Source: an uncultured Verrucomicrobiae bacterium (GTDB lineage Bacteria; Verrucomicrobiota; Verrucomicrobiia; Chthoniobacterales; UBA10450). From it: DNA of 64,000 nucleotides. The translations under genes were made by a program, and so were the position numbers. Each line of letters opens with the position of its first letter. The stretch's first letter is position 1. A model generated the notes under the pieces. It saw only the letters and a program-made list of their open reading frames with translations. It was not told where the DNA came from and made no database searches. The stretch is taken from contig CAWFGO010000003.1 of NCBI GenBank assembly GCA_963815455.1, positions 160,001-224,000 on the forward strand, in the 5' to 3' direction. Shown piece by piece: positions 35,698 to 48,513 of the stretch.

Positions 35698-36948
35698 TCA
35701 CGGCGGAATGATTTTTCCGCTGACTTCGCCGAATCCGACCCGATAGCCGTCGCCCTGACACCAGCCGGCGATCGAGAGTGTGTCGCCGTCCTCCAGCCAT
35801 TTGCGCTCTTCACCGCTCGGTAACTTCAGAGGATTTGCACCGCGCCAGGTTAGTTCGAGCATGCAGCCGCGCGATTCTTCGGTCGGGCCGCTGATGGTGC
35901 CGCTGGCCAGCAAATCGCCGGGCTGAAGGTTGCAGCCGTTTACGGTGTGATGAGCGAGTTGCTGCGAAATGCTCCAGTAAAGATTTTGGAAATTCGTCCG
36001 CGTGATCGTATGCGGCACGTCCATCTTTGTTGTTCGAAGATGCGCTTCCAGGTTGATGTCGAAGGTAAAATCGTTCTTCGACCGCAAATACGGCAACGGC
36101 TCGGGATCCTGCGGTGGCAGAGGCTTACGGAAAGATTCGAGCGCTTCCAGTGTTACCACCCACGGTGAAATACTGGTGCAGAAGTTTTTCGCCAGGAAGG
36201 GACCGAGCGGTTGATATTCCCACGCTTGAATGTCGCGCGCGCTCCAATCGTTCATCAGAACAAAACCAAAAATATGATCGACGGCGCGATCGATCGGGAC
36301 CGGCTGGCCAAGCGGATTACCGGGGCCGATCAGGAAAGCCATTTCCAGTTCGTAATCGAAACTTTTCGTCGGACCGAACACCGGTGCCGGCGAATCGGGC
36401 GGTTTGATCTGGCCGCGCGGGCGCCGAACATCGGTTCCGCTCACGACGATGGAACTGGCCCGGCCATGATATGCCACTGGCAGCCATTTCCAATTCGGCA
36501 TGAGCGCGTTCTCCGGGCCGCGCAACATGGTGCCGACGTTGTGCGCATGATGTAGCGACGAGTAGAAATCGGTGTAATCGCCGATGCGGGCCGGCAGTTG
36601 CATCGTTACATCGCTTTGCCGATGAAAAACCCGCGCGCGAAGATCGACATTGTCGCGCAGCGTTGCCGTGTTCGCGGCGAGCAGATTCTGCAAGACCTCA
36701 CGAACTTTTCGCCAGGCCGGCCGGCCGAGTGCCAGAAATGCGTTCAGTGAATCTTGTGAAAACAGAGGTCGATCCTGGCCAAGATCGAAATGGCCCTTTT
36801 CTTCAAGAACGGAAAGATCGACAATCTCGTTGCCGATGGCGACGCCGATGCGGGCTTTGCCCTCGCGCGGCTTGAAAACACCGAAGGGCAGGTTCTCCAG
36901 CGGGAAATGCGAATCGGGCGGAATATCGATAAAAGAGCGAAGTGGCAT
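35698..36948 (-). CDS. fahA: Fumarylacetoacetase
   Basis: SHFPLENLPFG, GDYTDFYSS..HA, YHGRASS, DYELE, NDWSARDIQ, LGPF. Confidence 0.95.
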   Translation of the reverse strand: MPLRSFIDIPPDSHFPLENLPFGVFKPREGKARIGVAIGNEIVDLSVLEEKGHFDLGQDRPLFSQDSLNAFLALGRPAWRKVREVLQNLLAANTATLRDNVDLRARVFHRQSDVTMQLPARIGDYTDFYSSLHHAHNVGTMLRGPENALMPNWKWLPVAYHGRASSIVVSGTDVRRPRGQIKPPDSPAPVFGPTKSFDYELEMAFLIGPGNPLGQPVPIDRAVDHIFGFVLMNDWSARDIQAWEYQPLGPFLAKNFCTSISPWVVTLEALESFRKPLPPQDPEPLPYLRSKNDFTFDINLEAHLRTTKMDVPHTITRTNFQNLYWSISQQLAHHTVNGCNLQPGDLLASGTISGPTEESRGCMLELTWRGANPLKLPSGEERKWLEDGDTLSIAGWCQGDGYRVGFGEVSGKIIPP

Positions 36949-36960
36949 GATGGGCATTTA

Positions 36961-37026
36961 ACCACGAAGAGCACGAAGGCCACGAAGAATTAATCTCCGC
37001 TTCGTGCTCTTCGTGTCCTTCGTGGT
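36961..37026. repeat. Inverted pair of 9-mer tandem arrays (cacgaagnn)x3 forming a hairpin
   Basis: accacgaagagcacgaaggccacgaag ... cttcgtgctcttcgtgtccttcgtggt. Confidence 0.8.
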
Positions 37027-37029
37027 GGA

Positions 37030-37947
37030 TTACAGGAAATTCAAGGCGCGTAAATCTTCCCGCGGCTCGTCGAAGCTGCAGCTGCCGAATGAGGTCACGA
37101 ATTTGCGGCGGGCTTTGATGCGGTCCGTGGCGATCTCCCACTCGCGCCAGGCAAACAGCGTATCGTCAAAAGAAAATGATTTCGGATTTTCGTCTTCCAG
37201 CATGGCCAGGACTTGTCCTTCATCCCAGGCATGTTCGGCCGCCAGCACGCCGGCGCCCAACACATTGAGAAATCCGTGCATCTTTGTTTTTACTTCGTCG
37301 CGGAATTGGCGGATCGGATGATGCAAACCGGCGGTGAACTTGATCCGGACGTGATGTTGCGCCGCGAAGACAAGCGCGGTGGCAATTTGCGCCGAACTGG
37401 GAAAAGCATCCTCAGTCACCCCGCCTGTGCGCAGCTTGTAACCGAACGGCCGGGCGTGTTTTTCAGTGTCGTGCTTGGCCAGCAAGTCAATCGTGCTTTC
37501 AGCGGTGTCGGGCGGCGTTTCCCAGAAAACGTTCAATTGCATCTCTCCAATCATCGCGCGCGCTTCGGCCAGCAGACGAAGATCGACATCGGCGGGCAAG
37601 AGCATCTCGAGTTGGCCAATCGCAACCTGCTCGGAATGTTCGGAAGAGAATTTACGAATGGCGTCGATTGTTTCTTTGAGAGCCGAGCCAAAGGCCGCAG
37701 CATTTTCCGTTTTCGGTCCCAGCGCGGAAACGCGCAATGGATGTTTGCGATCGAACAGCGAAAGATTGGCGCCGGCGGCGTCAAATTTCGCAACGGGAAG
37801 GATAAACGCGCCCAGCATCGACGCATCCGGGGAACGAACATACTCGGCCTGATTTTTTAGCGCCGGTTCCAGATCGAGGCTGCATGGAGGGAACAACCCG
37901 GCGTAATCGATCGACTGGGTCAAAAGCGCGTGAAGTGAAGCGGGCAT
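37030..37947 (-). CDS. Conserved hypothetical protein next to FAH genes
   Basis: IDYAGLFPP, KLRTGG, KFTAGLHHP, SFGSCSFDEP motifs. Confidence 0.7.
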   Translation of the reverse strand: MPASLHALLTQSIDYAGLFPPCSLDLEPALKNQAEYVRSPDASMLGAFILPVAKFDAAGANLSLFDRKHPLRVSALGPKTENAAAFGSALKETIDAIRKFSSEHSEQVAIGQLEMLLPADVDLRLLAEARAMIGEMQLNVFWETPPDTAESTIDLLAKHDTEKHARPFGYKLRTGGVTEDAFPSSAQIATALVFAAQHHVRIKFTAGLHHPIRQFRDEVKTKMHGFLNVLGAGVLAAEHAWDEGQVLAMLEDENPKSFSFDDTLFAWREWEIATDRIKARRKFVTSFGSCSFDEPREDLRALNFL

Positions 37948-38003
37948 GAATGCAATTGAACTCTGCCGGTACGTGTTTCGTCAACAGGAGTTGGCTGGGA
38001 ATT

Positions 38004-38978
38004 CTATTTGCGTGCGACCACACGTGTGCGCAATACCCCGAGCCGCTCGATTTCCAACTCGACGACGTCGTTGGGCTTGAGCCAGCCGCCGGTGTTTTCG
38101 GGGCCGAGTTCCCAAATGCAACCGCCGGCCACTGCTCCGGTTCCGATCAGCGCGCCAGGAAAAAGATCGGCATCGCGCGACGCCTGCGCGATCATCTTTG
38201 GGACGGAGTGAAACAAGCCCGAAGCATTTCCACTGGAGAGCTCGCGGCCATTCAACCGCGCCCTCATTTCGAGCGAGATTTTATCCTTGTCGATCTTATC
38301 GCTGAGTTCATCGCGGGTTATGAGCACCGGGCCAACCGCGGTGGCAAAATCTTTTCCCTTGGCCGGACCGAACCCGACGTCCATTTCCGCGCGCTCCAGA
38401 TCGCGTGCGCTAAAGTCGTTGATGATAGTAAATCCGGCGACGTGATCCCAAGCCTGCTCCGGAGTAACATCGCGGGCAGATTTTCCGATCACCAGACCAA
38501 GCTCGAGCTCGTAATCGAGTTCATTCGAACCCGCCGGCGCGAAAACTTCGGCATCGGCTCCGATCAGCGAATTTGGATTCGAAAAATGAAAGACGGGCAT
38601 CGAATACCAGGCCTGAGCCATGTCGAGGCCGCGCCGCCCGCGAATCGTCCGCACATGTTGCTCGAACCCATAAAAATCGCGAAACGTGGGCGGACGAAGA
38701 ATCGGCGGCAACAAATTTTTAGCGCGAAAACTCTTGCCGCCGCGCTTCTGGAAAACCTTTTCATGTTCGGGCCAGTCGCTCAGTTTTCGAGTAAACTCGG
38801 ATAACCGCGCCATGAGACCGGGAAGAAATTCCTCCAGTGGCGCCGCTGGATTGTCCGGCAGGTTTGCCTGTTCGAAAAAGCTGAGAAAGGCATGCAGAGC
38901 CACATAGCGGTCGGTATCGACCCAGACCGCGGCGAGCGGCGTCGATTCACCTTCGGCAATAAGAGTGGCCAGCCGCAT
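38004..38978 (-). CDS. Fumarylacetoacetate-hydrolase family protein
   Basis: RDFYGFEQH, LDYELELG, INDFSARD, KGKDF. Confidence 0.9.
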   Translation of the reverse strand: MRLATLIAEGESTPLAAVWVDTDRYVALHAFLSFFEQANLPDNPAAPLEEFLPGLMARLSEFTRKLSDWPEHEKVFQKRGGKSFRAKNLLPPILRPPTFRDFYGFEQHVRTIRGRRGLDMAQAWYSMPVFHFSNPNSLIGADAEVFAPAGSNELDYELELGLVIGKSARDVTPEQAWDHVAGFTIINDFSARDLERAEMDVGFGPAKGKDFATAVGPVLITRDELSDKIDKDKISLEMRARLNGRELSSGNASGLFHSVPKMIAQASRDADLFPGALIGTGAVAGGCIWELGPENTGGWLKPNDVVELEIERLGVLRTRVVARK

Positions 38979-39026
38979 ATCGGAGAATCAGAAATCAGAA
39001 GTCAGCAATCCAAAGATCGGCATCGT

Positions 39027-39344
39027 CTAGCTATCGGCATACATTTCGCCAAGTAAACGCCTCAGGGCCGCTGCGTCGCGAGGAGAAAGCGATCCGAGCT
39101 TTCGGCCGAGGCGACTCTTACTGATTGCGCGGATCTGGTCGGCGGCAATCTCAGCCGGCTTGCCAGTGATTTTGACCGGAAGGCGTGTTCGCCAGCCGGA
39201 ATAAACAGAGTTCCACTCCGACCAATTCTCTTCGGCGGCAGCCATCGCCATTGCGGTTTGTTCCCAAGAAAGCTTGGGGCGGCAGGGGTGCCTAGCGCGC
39301 CGTTTTGCTCTGACCGGTTTCATTGTGAAAGCTCCGTAATACAC
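39027..39344 (-). pseudogene. Probable relic of a MazEF/PemIK-type toxin-antitoxin pair
   Basis: C-terminal DQIRAISKSRLGRKLGSL is PemK-like; PemK N-terminus absent. Confidence 0.55.
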
Positions 39345-39366
39345 ATAGGCCAGGGTTGAGCCAGCG

Positions 39367-40312
39367 CTAATCGCACGTAGCCAGTTGCGGCATCATGCTA
39401 AACGACGCGCGTAGCTCAGCCAGAGGCGAAATGGTTTGAATTCCTTCCTTATTTTCAAATGCGCGTTGTTCATGATGATCGGTCAGACCCCAGCACGGCT
39501 CGATGCAAAGGAACGCTCCGCCATCGGACCACAGCGTCACATATGGCACGCCGGTAAGATCGACAATCATCCAGCGGCCGCTGGGCGGATCGACGTAGGA
39601 AAATTCGCGTCTTGGAACATCGACAAGTTCGAGAATGACGGAGCCGGGCAACTCTGGTTTCGGGAACGGCATTTCGCCGCCGGCGAATTCGAGGTCGCGG
39701 GTTTCGCCGGAGAGATAATTGTCCGGCGAAAAATGGCGGCGATACAGGCCGCGCGGCATCTGCAAATGAAATGCCTCGAACGAAGTCGCGGCAAAACCCG
39801 GATGCAATCCGAATTCGACATGCGCGGTCAGCTCGGGCTCGTCATTTCGAAATGCGAACTCAACACGCACCTTGTTCAGGTCGATCTTGTAGGTTAGATC
39901 GAGACTGACTCGCAGCGGATACTCCGTCGCGAGAAAAATCCTCCGGCGTGATCCGATAGGTTAGGGACGCGATTCCATCCGTGTTTGCCTCGATCAATTT
40001 CCAAGTCTTCGAGCGAAGAAAGCTGTGCGTCCCGCCTCGGATTTCGCGGCCACGGTACAAACTCTTCCCGTCTTTGAGCCGGTGAAGATAGTAACCCATC
40101 ACGGTGGCGTGATTCGCCCAGCCTTTCGACGGCGGAGTGATGTCGTCATCGCGATGAAGAAATCCGATCCATTGGCCGGTCTCGTCCATCCGGGCGAGAC
40201 TGATCAATTCCGCGCCGAGCCTCGAGACGGTGAGGCGCAGGCCGTTTTCTTCGTCGGTTAAGACATCGAATTGTCGATCCTGCCGGTTCTCTTCGCGATG
40301 GGAAAAATTCAT
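39367..40312 (-). CDS. Aldose-1-epimerase/galactose-mutarotase-like protein, frameshift near 39930
   Basis: GAELISL, THSF, FGLHPGF, FLCIEPCWG across two frames. Confidence 0.75.
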
Positions 40313-40336
40313 CGATTCTCGTCGTTCAGGCGAAAT

Positions 40337-40412
40337 CAGGTAGGGACGTTCTCCGAAACCTCCGACGAATTCAATGAACACCACGGACGCCCCGGAGGTG
40401 CGTCCCTACCTG
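40337..40412. repeat. GTAGGGAC-type REP doublet
   Basis: caggtagggacg ... cgtccctacctg. Confidence 0.85.
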
Positions 40413-40479
40413 AAAGATACTGGATTCTATCGAATCCCGCCTGCATAACCAGCCAGGCCAGGCCTCTCAAGATCACGGC

Positions 40480-41745
<1,266 letters not shown>

Positions 41746-41894
41746 GGGAACGCGCTATTCAGCGCAAGTGCAGTTTGGTATTTGCGCTTTCGTTGTCCCG
41801 GCGTCAAATCCAAACCATTGGAGGGTGCCCGCGCCCAGGAATCTATTAGGAGGCAAGATCGACAATTGCGTTTGACCTTGTAACGTCGGTCGAA

Positions 41895-43014
41895 ATGAAA
41901 ATTGAAACTGTGGCGGTCCACGCAGGCCATACCGTCGATCCGGCGACTGGGGCGGTCTCCTCGCCGATTTATCTTTCCACCACGTTCGAGCGCGACATCG
42001 ATGGCGCTTATTCGCGCGGGTTCATGTATACGCGCAACGACAATCCCAATCGCCAGGCGCTTGAACAAGGTGTCAGCGCGCTGGAAGGCGGAGCGGCCGC
42101 GGCGGCTTTTGCTTCCGGAAGCGGCGCCACCATGGCGATCTTCCAGGCGTTGGCGCCGGGCGATCACGTTCTCGCCCATGTCGATGCTTATTACGGCACG
42201 ACGCGATTGCTGCGAGAAATCTTTCTTCGCTGGGGATCTCGAAGCCGATTTTATCGACATGAGCGATCTGGCCGCGGTGAAGAAAGCGTTGCGGCCGAAA
42301 ACGAAACTGGCCTGGGTGGAAACGCCTTCCAATCCGTTGTTGAAAATTGTCGATCTCGCCGCGGTTGCGAAAATCGTCCATGAGGCCGGCGCCATTTGCG
42401 TTTGCGACAATACCTGGGCGCCAATATTGCAACGCCCGTTCGATCTCGGCGCCGATTTGATTCTTCATTCGACCACGAAATATTTCGGCGGTCATTGCGA
42501 TGTTCTCGGCGGGATCGTGGTGGCCAAAACCGACAACGAATTCTTTCAGCCGGATTCGCGAGATTCAATATTCGAAGGCGGCGCAGTCCCCTCGCCTTTT
42601 GATTGCTGGCTGATCCTGCGCGGAATGCGCACGCTCCCCTGGCGGATGCGCGCGCATTCGGAAAACGCCATGAAAGTGGCGAGTTTTCTCGCCCAACATC
42701 GACAAGTAGATCGCGTCCATTATCCCGGATTGCGTTCCCATCCGGGGCATGCAATTGCCGCGAAACAGATGTCGATGTTCGGCGGCATGCTTTCGTTTGA
42801 AGTGAAAGACGGAGGCGATGCGGCTATGCGGGTTGCGGCGAAAACGAAAATCTTTATTCGCGCGACCAGCCTGGGCGGCGTGGAGAGTTTGATCGAGCAT
42901 CGCGCTTCGATCGAGGGACCGGGCTCGACTTCGCCGGAAGGCTTGCTCCGATTATCCATCGGTCTCGAAAATGCCGACGATTTGATCGAGGATCTCGATC
43001 AGGCGCTGGGATAA
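41895..43014 (+). CDS. Cystathionine gamma-synthase/lyase family PLP enzyme, frameshift near 42235
   Basis: PIYLSTTF, YTRNDNPN, ETPSNP, DNT, HSTTKYFGGH, SLGGVESL, LRLSIGLE. Confidence 0.9.
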
Positions 43015-43017
43015 AAT

Positions 43018-43069
43018 TGGAGGGACATGCTCCGTCATGTCCCCGGACGCGACGGAGCGCGTCCCTCCA
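43018..43069. repeat. GGAGGGAC variant REP doublet between convergent genes
   Basis: tggagggacatgctccgtcatgtcc / ggacgcgacggagcgcgtccctcca. Confidence 0.8.
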
Positions 43070-43070
43070 T

Positions 43071-44667
43071 TTACCGACCTAGTTTCCGCCGGACAAGATC
43101 GACAACGTCGTGAACTTCGGCGACGCGCAACAGATAGGCGCTGCCGAAAAACGTTGTCATGCCGAGCGCGATCGCAGCGAGCAGCGCGCATAGCTTCGTG
43201 ATGAAACGAAGATGCTCCCATGCATCGAGCCACCAGTGATTCGCCGCCCAACAAACCAACGCGAGCATCGCGCCGGCCAGACAAATTTTCCCGAGACCAA
43301 CCAGCAACTGGCGCGTTTCGAGTCTGCGGGTATGGCGTCGCATTAGTGCGTAGAGCAGGAGAAAATTGATCGTGGCAACGAGGCTGGTCGAAAAAGCCAG
43401 GCCGCGATGTCCCCAGCCAAGCCGAAATGTAAAAAGCCAGTTGAGAAAAAGATTCGTGCCGATCGCGAGAAAGCTCACAACCATTGGCGTGTTGCGCTGG
43501 CCAATCGCGTAAAACGCCGGCGTCAGCACTTTCAGGACGGCGTAGGAAACAAGCCCGATCGCGTAGAATTGCAGCGCGCCCGCAGTCTGGCGCGTCATTT
43601 CGGCGGTGAATCGTCCGTGCTCGTAAATCACGCTGATAATCGGCGATGCCAGCATGGCGAGCCCGATGGCCGACGGAATCGTGAGCAGAAATGCGAGCCG
43701 CATTCCGCGGGCCAGGATCGCGCGGAACTCATCCACGTTTCCAACAGCCGCGCTTTTTGATACCAGCGGCAGCGTAACGGTGCCGATGGCAACGCCGAAA
43801 ATTCCCAGCGGCAATTGCATCAGCCGAAACGCAATGTTGAGCCAGCTAACGGGGCCATTGCCGAGGCTCGCCGCAAATCCGCTATTAACGAGCACATTGA
43901 CCTGCACCGCGCTGGCGGCAATGACAGCGGGCGCCATTAGCGTCAGCACGGTGCGCACACCTTCGTCGCGCCAGTGGAAATCGGCGCGATATTTGTAGCC
44001 GACGCGCCGAAGCGAAGGGAATTGCGCCGTCAATTGCCAGGCGCCGCCGATCAGTGTTCCGATCGCCAGTCCTGTTAGGGAGCGCGGGCCGAAATGCGGA
44101 TCGAGCCACCAGCCGATTCCCACGCCACCGATGATCGAGCCAAGATTGAAATAACTCGACGCCATGGCCGGCGGCCCGAAGACATGTCTTGGCATTGAGC
44201 ATTCCCATCACCAGCGCGGCCAGCGACACCAGCAGCATGAACGGCCACATGATTCGGGTGAGCGAAATCGTGAGCGCGGTTTTATCAGGCGACCAATTCC
44301 CCCAAGTCAGAAGATCGACAAGTTGGGGCGCGAAGACGATGCCGAGCACCGTCACCGCGCTCATGAAAATAGCGGTGAGCGTCGCGACCTTGTTGGCGAG
44401 TCGCCACGCCGCATCGTCCCCATCGACAGCGATCTTCTGCGAAAACGTTGTGATGAACGCGGTGGAGAGCGCGCCCTCAGCGAACAAATCGCGCAACAGA
44501 TTCGGCAACCGAAACGCCATCAAAAACGCATCGAGATTTCTGCCCGCGCCAAAAAGCCCGGCAAACACCTGTTCCCGAATGAGCCCAAGCACCCGGCTGC
44601 AAAGAATGGCGATCCCGACCAGACCGGTCGCGCGCGTGCTAATTCGTTGAGTTTCTGCCGCTGCCAT
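43071..44667 (-). CDS. murJ: Lipid II flippase MurJ, frameshift near 44190
   Basis: SRVLGLIRE, AFRLPNLLRDLFAEGALS, RLMQLPLGIFGVAI. Confidence 0.92.
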
Positions 44668-44766
44668 CCGGCGAACAAAGAACAACGTCTCAGGATTTGC
44701 GAAAGTAGAAACTTCCCGCCGCGGCAATGGCGCTTGGGCCCGGCGTCAGCGCGCCGGTATGCGCAT

Positions 44767-45621
44767 TTACAGTCGCTCGATCTTGTAACCGCGCGATTTT
44801 AGCAAAGCGAGGAGTCCACTGGAGCCGCCCATGTGTGCCGCGCCCACGACCACAAAATAAGTCTGGCCGCTGCGCAGGTACCCTTCAATCTTCGGCACCC
44901 ATCTGCGATTGCGTTGGTCGAGCAATCGCGCGGCCATCGCCGGGAAATCGCGGAAGGAATCGCGCGTCATTCGGGCGATGCTTTCCTCATCCCCGTGGCG
45001 CCAAAGGTCGACGATATTCGCTCCGCGTGGATTATCGCGCGCCGCGTTAATGAACAGAGTCAGGAGCAGCGCCTCGCTCTCGCGATCGTTTAAACCGGAA
45101 AATACCTCATTGTGTTCGCTGGGTGACTCCAAGCCCGATATCCGCTTCGAATTTGCCCGGGCGCGTCCTTCGAGAAATGCTTCCACGCCGAGCCTCGAAT
45201 ATTCTGGCGGCGGCGAGGAGAGAATCAGATCGATAAGCCATGGTCGAAATGAGCTGAACTTTTCTTCCGGGACCTTCAGTAGGGCAAAAAAACGCCGCAA
45301 ATAGTTGTAGGTGCGAGGATCGACGTGATTCTTAAGGCTATCCCCTTTCGGGTATTTCCCGGCCTTTAAAAGACTGCGAAATGCGCTCTCCCCGGCTTTA
45401 GGATCCTCTTCAAAAACAAGCCGGGAACAAACATCGAATGCGCGATTGAACTCCGGCGGCAGCGGATAATCAGCGGGGCTTAAGGCGTGAAAGGAGCCTC
45501 CCAGATACAACGTGTGTCCATCGGCGGCGGTAACTTTCCAAACACAGCTCTTGGCAAAGGCGCTCGATTGGCTGATAAATGCAGCCGCAATTGCCCAAAC
45601 AAAAATGACCCTCAAAAACAT
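44767..45621 (-). CDS. TraB/GumN family protein
   Basis: VWKV...LYLGGSFH, GLES, LLDQRNRRW, FVVVGAAH. Confidence 0.85.
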   Translation of the reverse strand: MFLRVIFVWAIAAAFISQSSAFAKSCVWKVTAADGHTLYLGGSFHALSPADYPLPPEFNRAFDVCSRLVFEEDPKAGESAFRSLLKAGKYPKGDSLKNHVDPRTYNYLRRFFALLKVPEEKFSSFRPWLIDLILSSPPPEYSRLGVEAFLEGRARANSKRISGLESPSEHNEVFSGLNDRESEALLLTLFINAARDNPRGANIVDLWRHGDEESIARMTRDSFRDFPAMAARLLDQRNRRWVPKIEGYLRSGQTYFVVVGAAHMGGSSGLLALLKSRGYKIERL

Positions 45622-45697
45622 GTTTCCAGTTGTTAGCAGCATGGACGGTCCTGGACAAGCGATACCACGTGGTGCACAAGCCTTTTCCGGCCGGCCG

Positions 45698-46816
45698 ATG
45701 AAATCCATATCGCGGCTCGCTCTAATCGCCGCCGTTTCGGCCTATAGCCTCGCGATCGGCGAGGTTCGCGCCGAGGACCCATCAATCGATCGGCTGCTGA
45801 ACAAGCTTCCGCCGCCGGAAAAGATCGCCAAGCCTCAGCTTCAGCAGGCGGTCTTAAACAACGACCCGGCTGACAAAGACCCGCTGGTTAAGCAAGTTGT
45901 TGCCGCCGCATTACGGGGAAATTTGTCGGAGGCGATGAACCTGTCCCGGAAGCTGACCGCCCGATATCCGCGGAGCGCGGGGGCTCAATGTTTGCGAGGG
46001 TTCGTTGCCCTGGGTGTTCGTCAGTTTGGTGAAGCGTCGTCGTGTCTTAAGAGCGCGGTAGGGCTTCAGCCAAAATTCGCCTTTGCCCATTTCGGTCTGG
46101 CCCTTGTCGAAGGAACCCAGCGCCATTACGCGGCCGCCATGCCTCATCTGCAGCGAGTCGTGGAACTCGAACCCAAAGCAGCCATCGCCTACTACGCGCT
46201 CAGCGATTGCGCGCTTGAGATTGGGCGCAAACAACAAAGCGTCGAATACGCGCGCAAGGCAACCGGGATCGAACCGTCTAACGCTAACATGTGGCTTCAA
46301 CTGGCCCGGGCGGAAAAAGCGGTCGGCAATACGGATGCGACATTAAGGGCGATGTCAAAAGCCGCCGACCTGGTCCCGGACGACGCGCCGATGCTGGCGG
46401 CGATCGGTTTCAGTTACATCAATATCAACCAAATATCGCAAGCGATTCCGCCGCTACAGCGGGCCGCCAGGCGTATGCCGCGAGATTACCTCGTCCAGGC
46501 TCAGTTGGGATTTTGTTTGCAGGCCACCGGCCAGATCGATTCGGGTATTAACTACCTTCGCAAAGGCGCGAGCTTGAATTCAAGTTACGGCCCGGTGTGG
46601 GAACACCTCGGACTTGCCTATCGAAAAAAGGGCGACCACAAACAGTCGGTAAAAGCTTTTGAAAAAGCGACCCAGCTCATGCCCAATTCCTCTCTCCCAT
46701 GGCAGCACGTAGCCGAAGAATATCGCGCCTTGGGACGAACCGCGGATGCCGAGCGAGCTGCGGCACGCGCACGGCAAATAGGCGGCGGGTCCAAGCCCGG
46801 AAAAAAGAAAACCTGA
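45698..46816 (+). CDS. Exported tetratricopeptide-repeat protein
   Basis: Signal peptide then ~34-aa helical repeats (A..L.P...A). Confidence 0.8.
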   Translation: MKSISRLALIAAVSAYSLAIGEVRAEDPSIDRLLNKLPPPEKIAKPQLQQAVLNNDPADKDPLVKQVVAAALRGNLSEAMNLSRKLTARYPRSAGAQCLRGFVALGVRQFGEASSCLKSAVGLQPKFAFAHFGLALVEGTQRHYAAAMPHLQRVVELEPKAAIAYYALSDCALEIGRKQQSVEYARKATGIEPSNANMWLQLARAEKAVGNTDATLRAMSKAADLVPDDAPMLAAIGFSYININQISQAIPPLQRAARRMPRDYLVQAQLGFCLQATGQIDSGINYLRKGASLNSSYGPVWEHLGLAYRKKGDHKQSVKAFEKATQLMPNSSLPWQHVAEEYRALGRTADAERAAARARQIGGGSKPGKKKT

Positions 46817-46822
46817 CGCTCG

Positions 46823-47605
46823 TCACAAACCGGTTGGGAAATCGAGAAAATCCCACGGAAACTTGAACCGATCGGATAAATGCGCGGCGAGGGCTTTGAC
46901 GCCGAAGGTTTCGGTGGCGTAATGGCCGGCCAGGAGAAGATTCATTCCCAGTTCCTCGGCCGCAATCGCCGCCCAATGGGGCGCTTCACCGGTGATGAAT
47001 GTGTCGATCTTTTCCCCGGCGACTCTGTAAATTTCCGAGCCGGCGCCGCCGGTGATGATTCCGATCGCGCTCGTTTTCTTCGGGCCGAAGTTGAACGCCT
47101 TGACCGGACCGCCCACTGCGTTGCGCAATTTACGAACAAGATCGTCGCGCGACAGCGACGTGCGCGCTCTTAACCCGACGGGTTGTCCTTTCTCTTCGAG
47201 AAATGGCGTTGTCGATCGTATTCCTATCGCGGCGGCGAGTCGCGCGTTGTTGCCAATTTGGGAATGCACGTCGAGCGGCAGATGCGCGCTGTAGAGGGCG
47301 ATGTTGTTTTCAAATGCGATTCGCAGCTGGCGATGCAGCGCGCCCGTCACCGATTGCAAGCCGGGCCAAAACAAGCCGTGATGCACAATAACGAGATCGG
47401 CACCTTTCCTCGCGGCCGCGGTCAGGACACGAGTCGATACATCCACCGCCGCCGCGATTCTTGTGACACGGCCGGAGTTCTCGATCTGAAGCCCATTCAG
47501 AGCATTTGGCCAATCCCCGATCTCGCGGATGCGCAGATAATCGTCGGCATATCCAACCACTTCGGTGAGAGAATTGACGCGCTTTACTTTTTTCGAAGCG
47601 TCCAT
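46823..47605 (-). CDS. Nif3-like dinuclear metal-centre protein
   Basis: NGLQI, IVHHGLFW, YSAHLPLDVH, GHYATE. Confidence 0.9.
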   Translation of the reverse strand: MDASKKVKRVNSLTEVVGYADDYLRIREIGDWPNALNGLQIENSGRVTRIAAAVDVSTRVLTAAARKGADLVIVHHGLFWPGLQSVTGALHRQLRIAFENNIALYSAHLPLDVHSQIGNNARLAAAIGIRSTTPFLEEKGQPVGLRARTSLSRDDLVRKLRNAVGGPVKAFNFGPKKTSAIGIITGGAGSEIYRVAGEKIDTFITGEAPHWAAIAAEELGMNLLLAGHYATETFGVKALAAHLSDRFKFPWDFLDFPTGL

Positions 47606-48513
47606 GGGCGAAAATAATCGAGCAGAATCAGGCGACCCGGAAGCGCGTCGTTCTGATATTCGCGGAGGAGACGCGGAAAATCGGTGAGCAGACCAAAATG
47701 AAATCCGGCACTGAGCGGCCGGAAAAAATCGTCCTGGTGACTTGGGAAAACGTAACGCGGCTGCAACCGCCGGACGCTCGCCGAAAATCGCGCGCGTGAA
47801 TCGGGAAGCGCAACGCCCAGGATGGCAAGATCGACAGGCGCAATATTCGCCGGCGGCAAGATGGCGGGCGTTCCGCCCGAATCGATGTAGATCCGCAGCC
47901 CGTGAATCTCGATGAGATAGGCGAGCGGTTCGCCACAAACCCAATCCGCGGCTCGTCGCGGCGGACCCGTGCCGTGCGCTTCGCCGGGAAACGGCACATT
48001 GGAAAAGAGCCGATCGTGTGTCGCGGCCAGGGCTCGAATTTTCCATGGACCGATTCGTCGGACGCTGCCCGCGGTCATAGCGTCACAACGCGACGCGGAC
48101 GCGCCGGCCCGCTCGGCAAGTTCCACCGCAGTCCGCGATCCGATCAGACGCGCACCGGTTTTCCGCATAACGACCGGAACGTCGAGCAAATGGTCCACGT
48201 GTCCATGCGTCACCAAAATCGCGTCCGCTCTGGGCGCGAGATGTTTCATTCCCTCATCGATGCGGGCCGTGTCCGGCTGGATCGTCGCGCCAAACGCCAT
48301 TCGCGAAAAATTGATCCGGGAAAAATAGGGATCGACAAGGAGAACATGATTTCCCGACTGGAACTGGAATCCGTTCGTCCCCAGATAAGTTACGCGCACT
48401 CCGTGGCGAGGCGTTTTCGATGAAGCATCGGCGACGACGAGCTGCGAATAGCGTTCGGGACCAGCCCAAAGCGTCTGGGTCGAGAGGGCAAGAAATAGGA
48501 GGGCGTATTTCAT
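47584..48513 (-). CDS. Metallo-beta-lactamase-fold hydrolase
   Basis: YLGTNG, LVDPYF, THGHVDH, PSHQDDFF. Confidence 0.85.
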   Translation of the reverse strand: MKYALLFLALSTQTLWAGPERYSQLVVADASSKTPRHGVRVTYLGTNGFQFQSGNHVLLVDPYFSRINFSRMAFGATIQPDTARIDEGMKHLAPRADAILVTHGHVDHLLDVPVVMRKTGARLIGSRTAVELAERAGASASRCDAMTAGSVRRIGPWKIRALAATHDRLFSNVPFPGEAHGTGPPRRAADWVCGEPLAYLIEIHGLRIYIDSGGTPAILPPANIAPVDLAILGVALPDSRARFSASVRRLQPRYVFPSHQDDFFRPLSAGFHFGLLTDFPRLLREYQNDALPGRLILLDYFRPWTLRKK

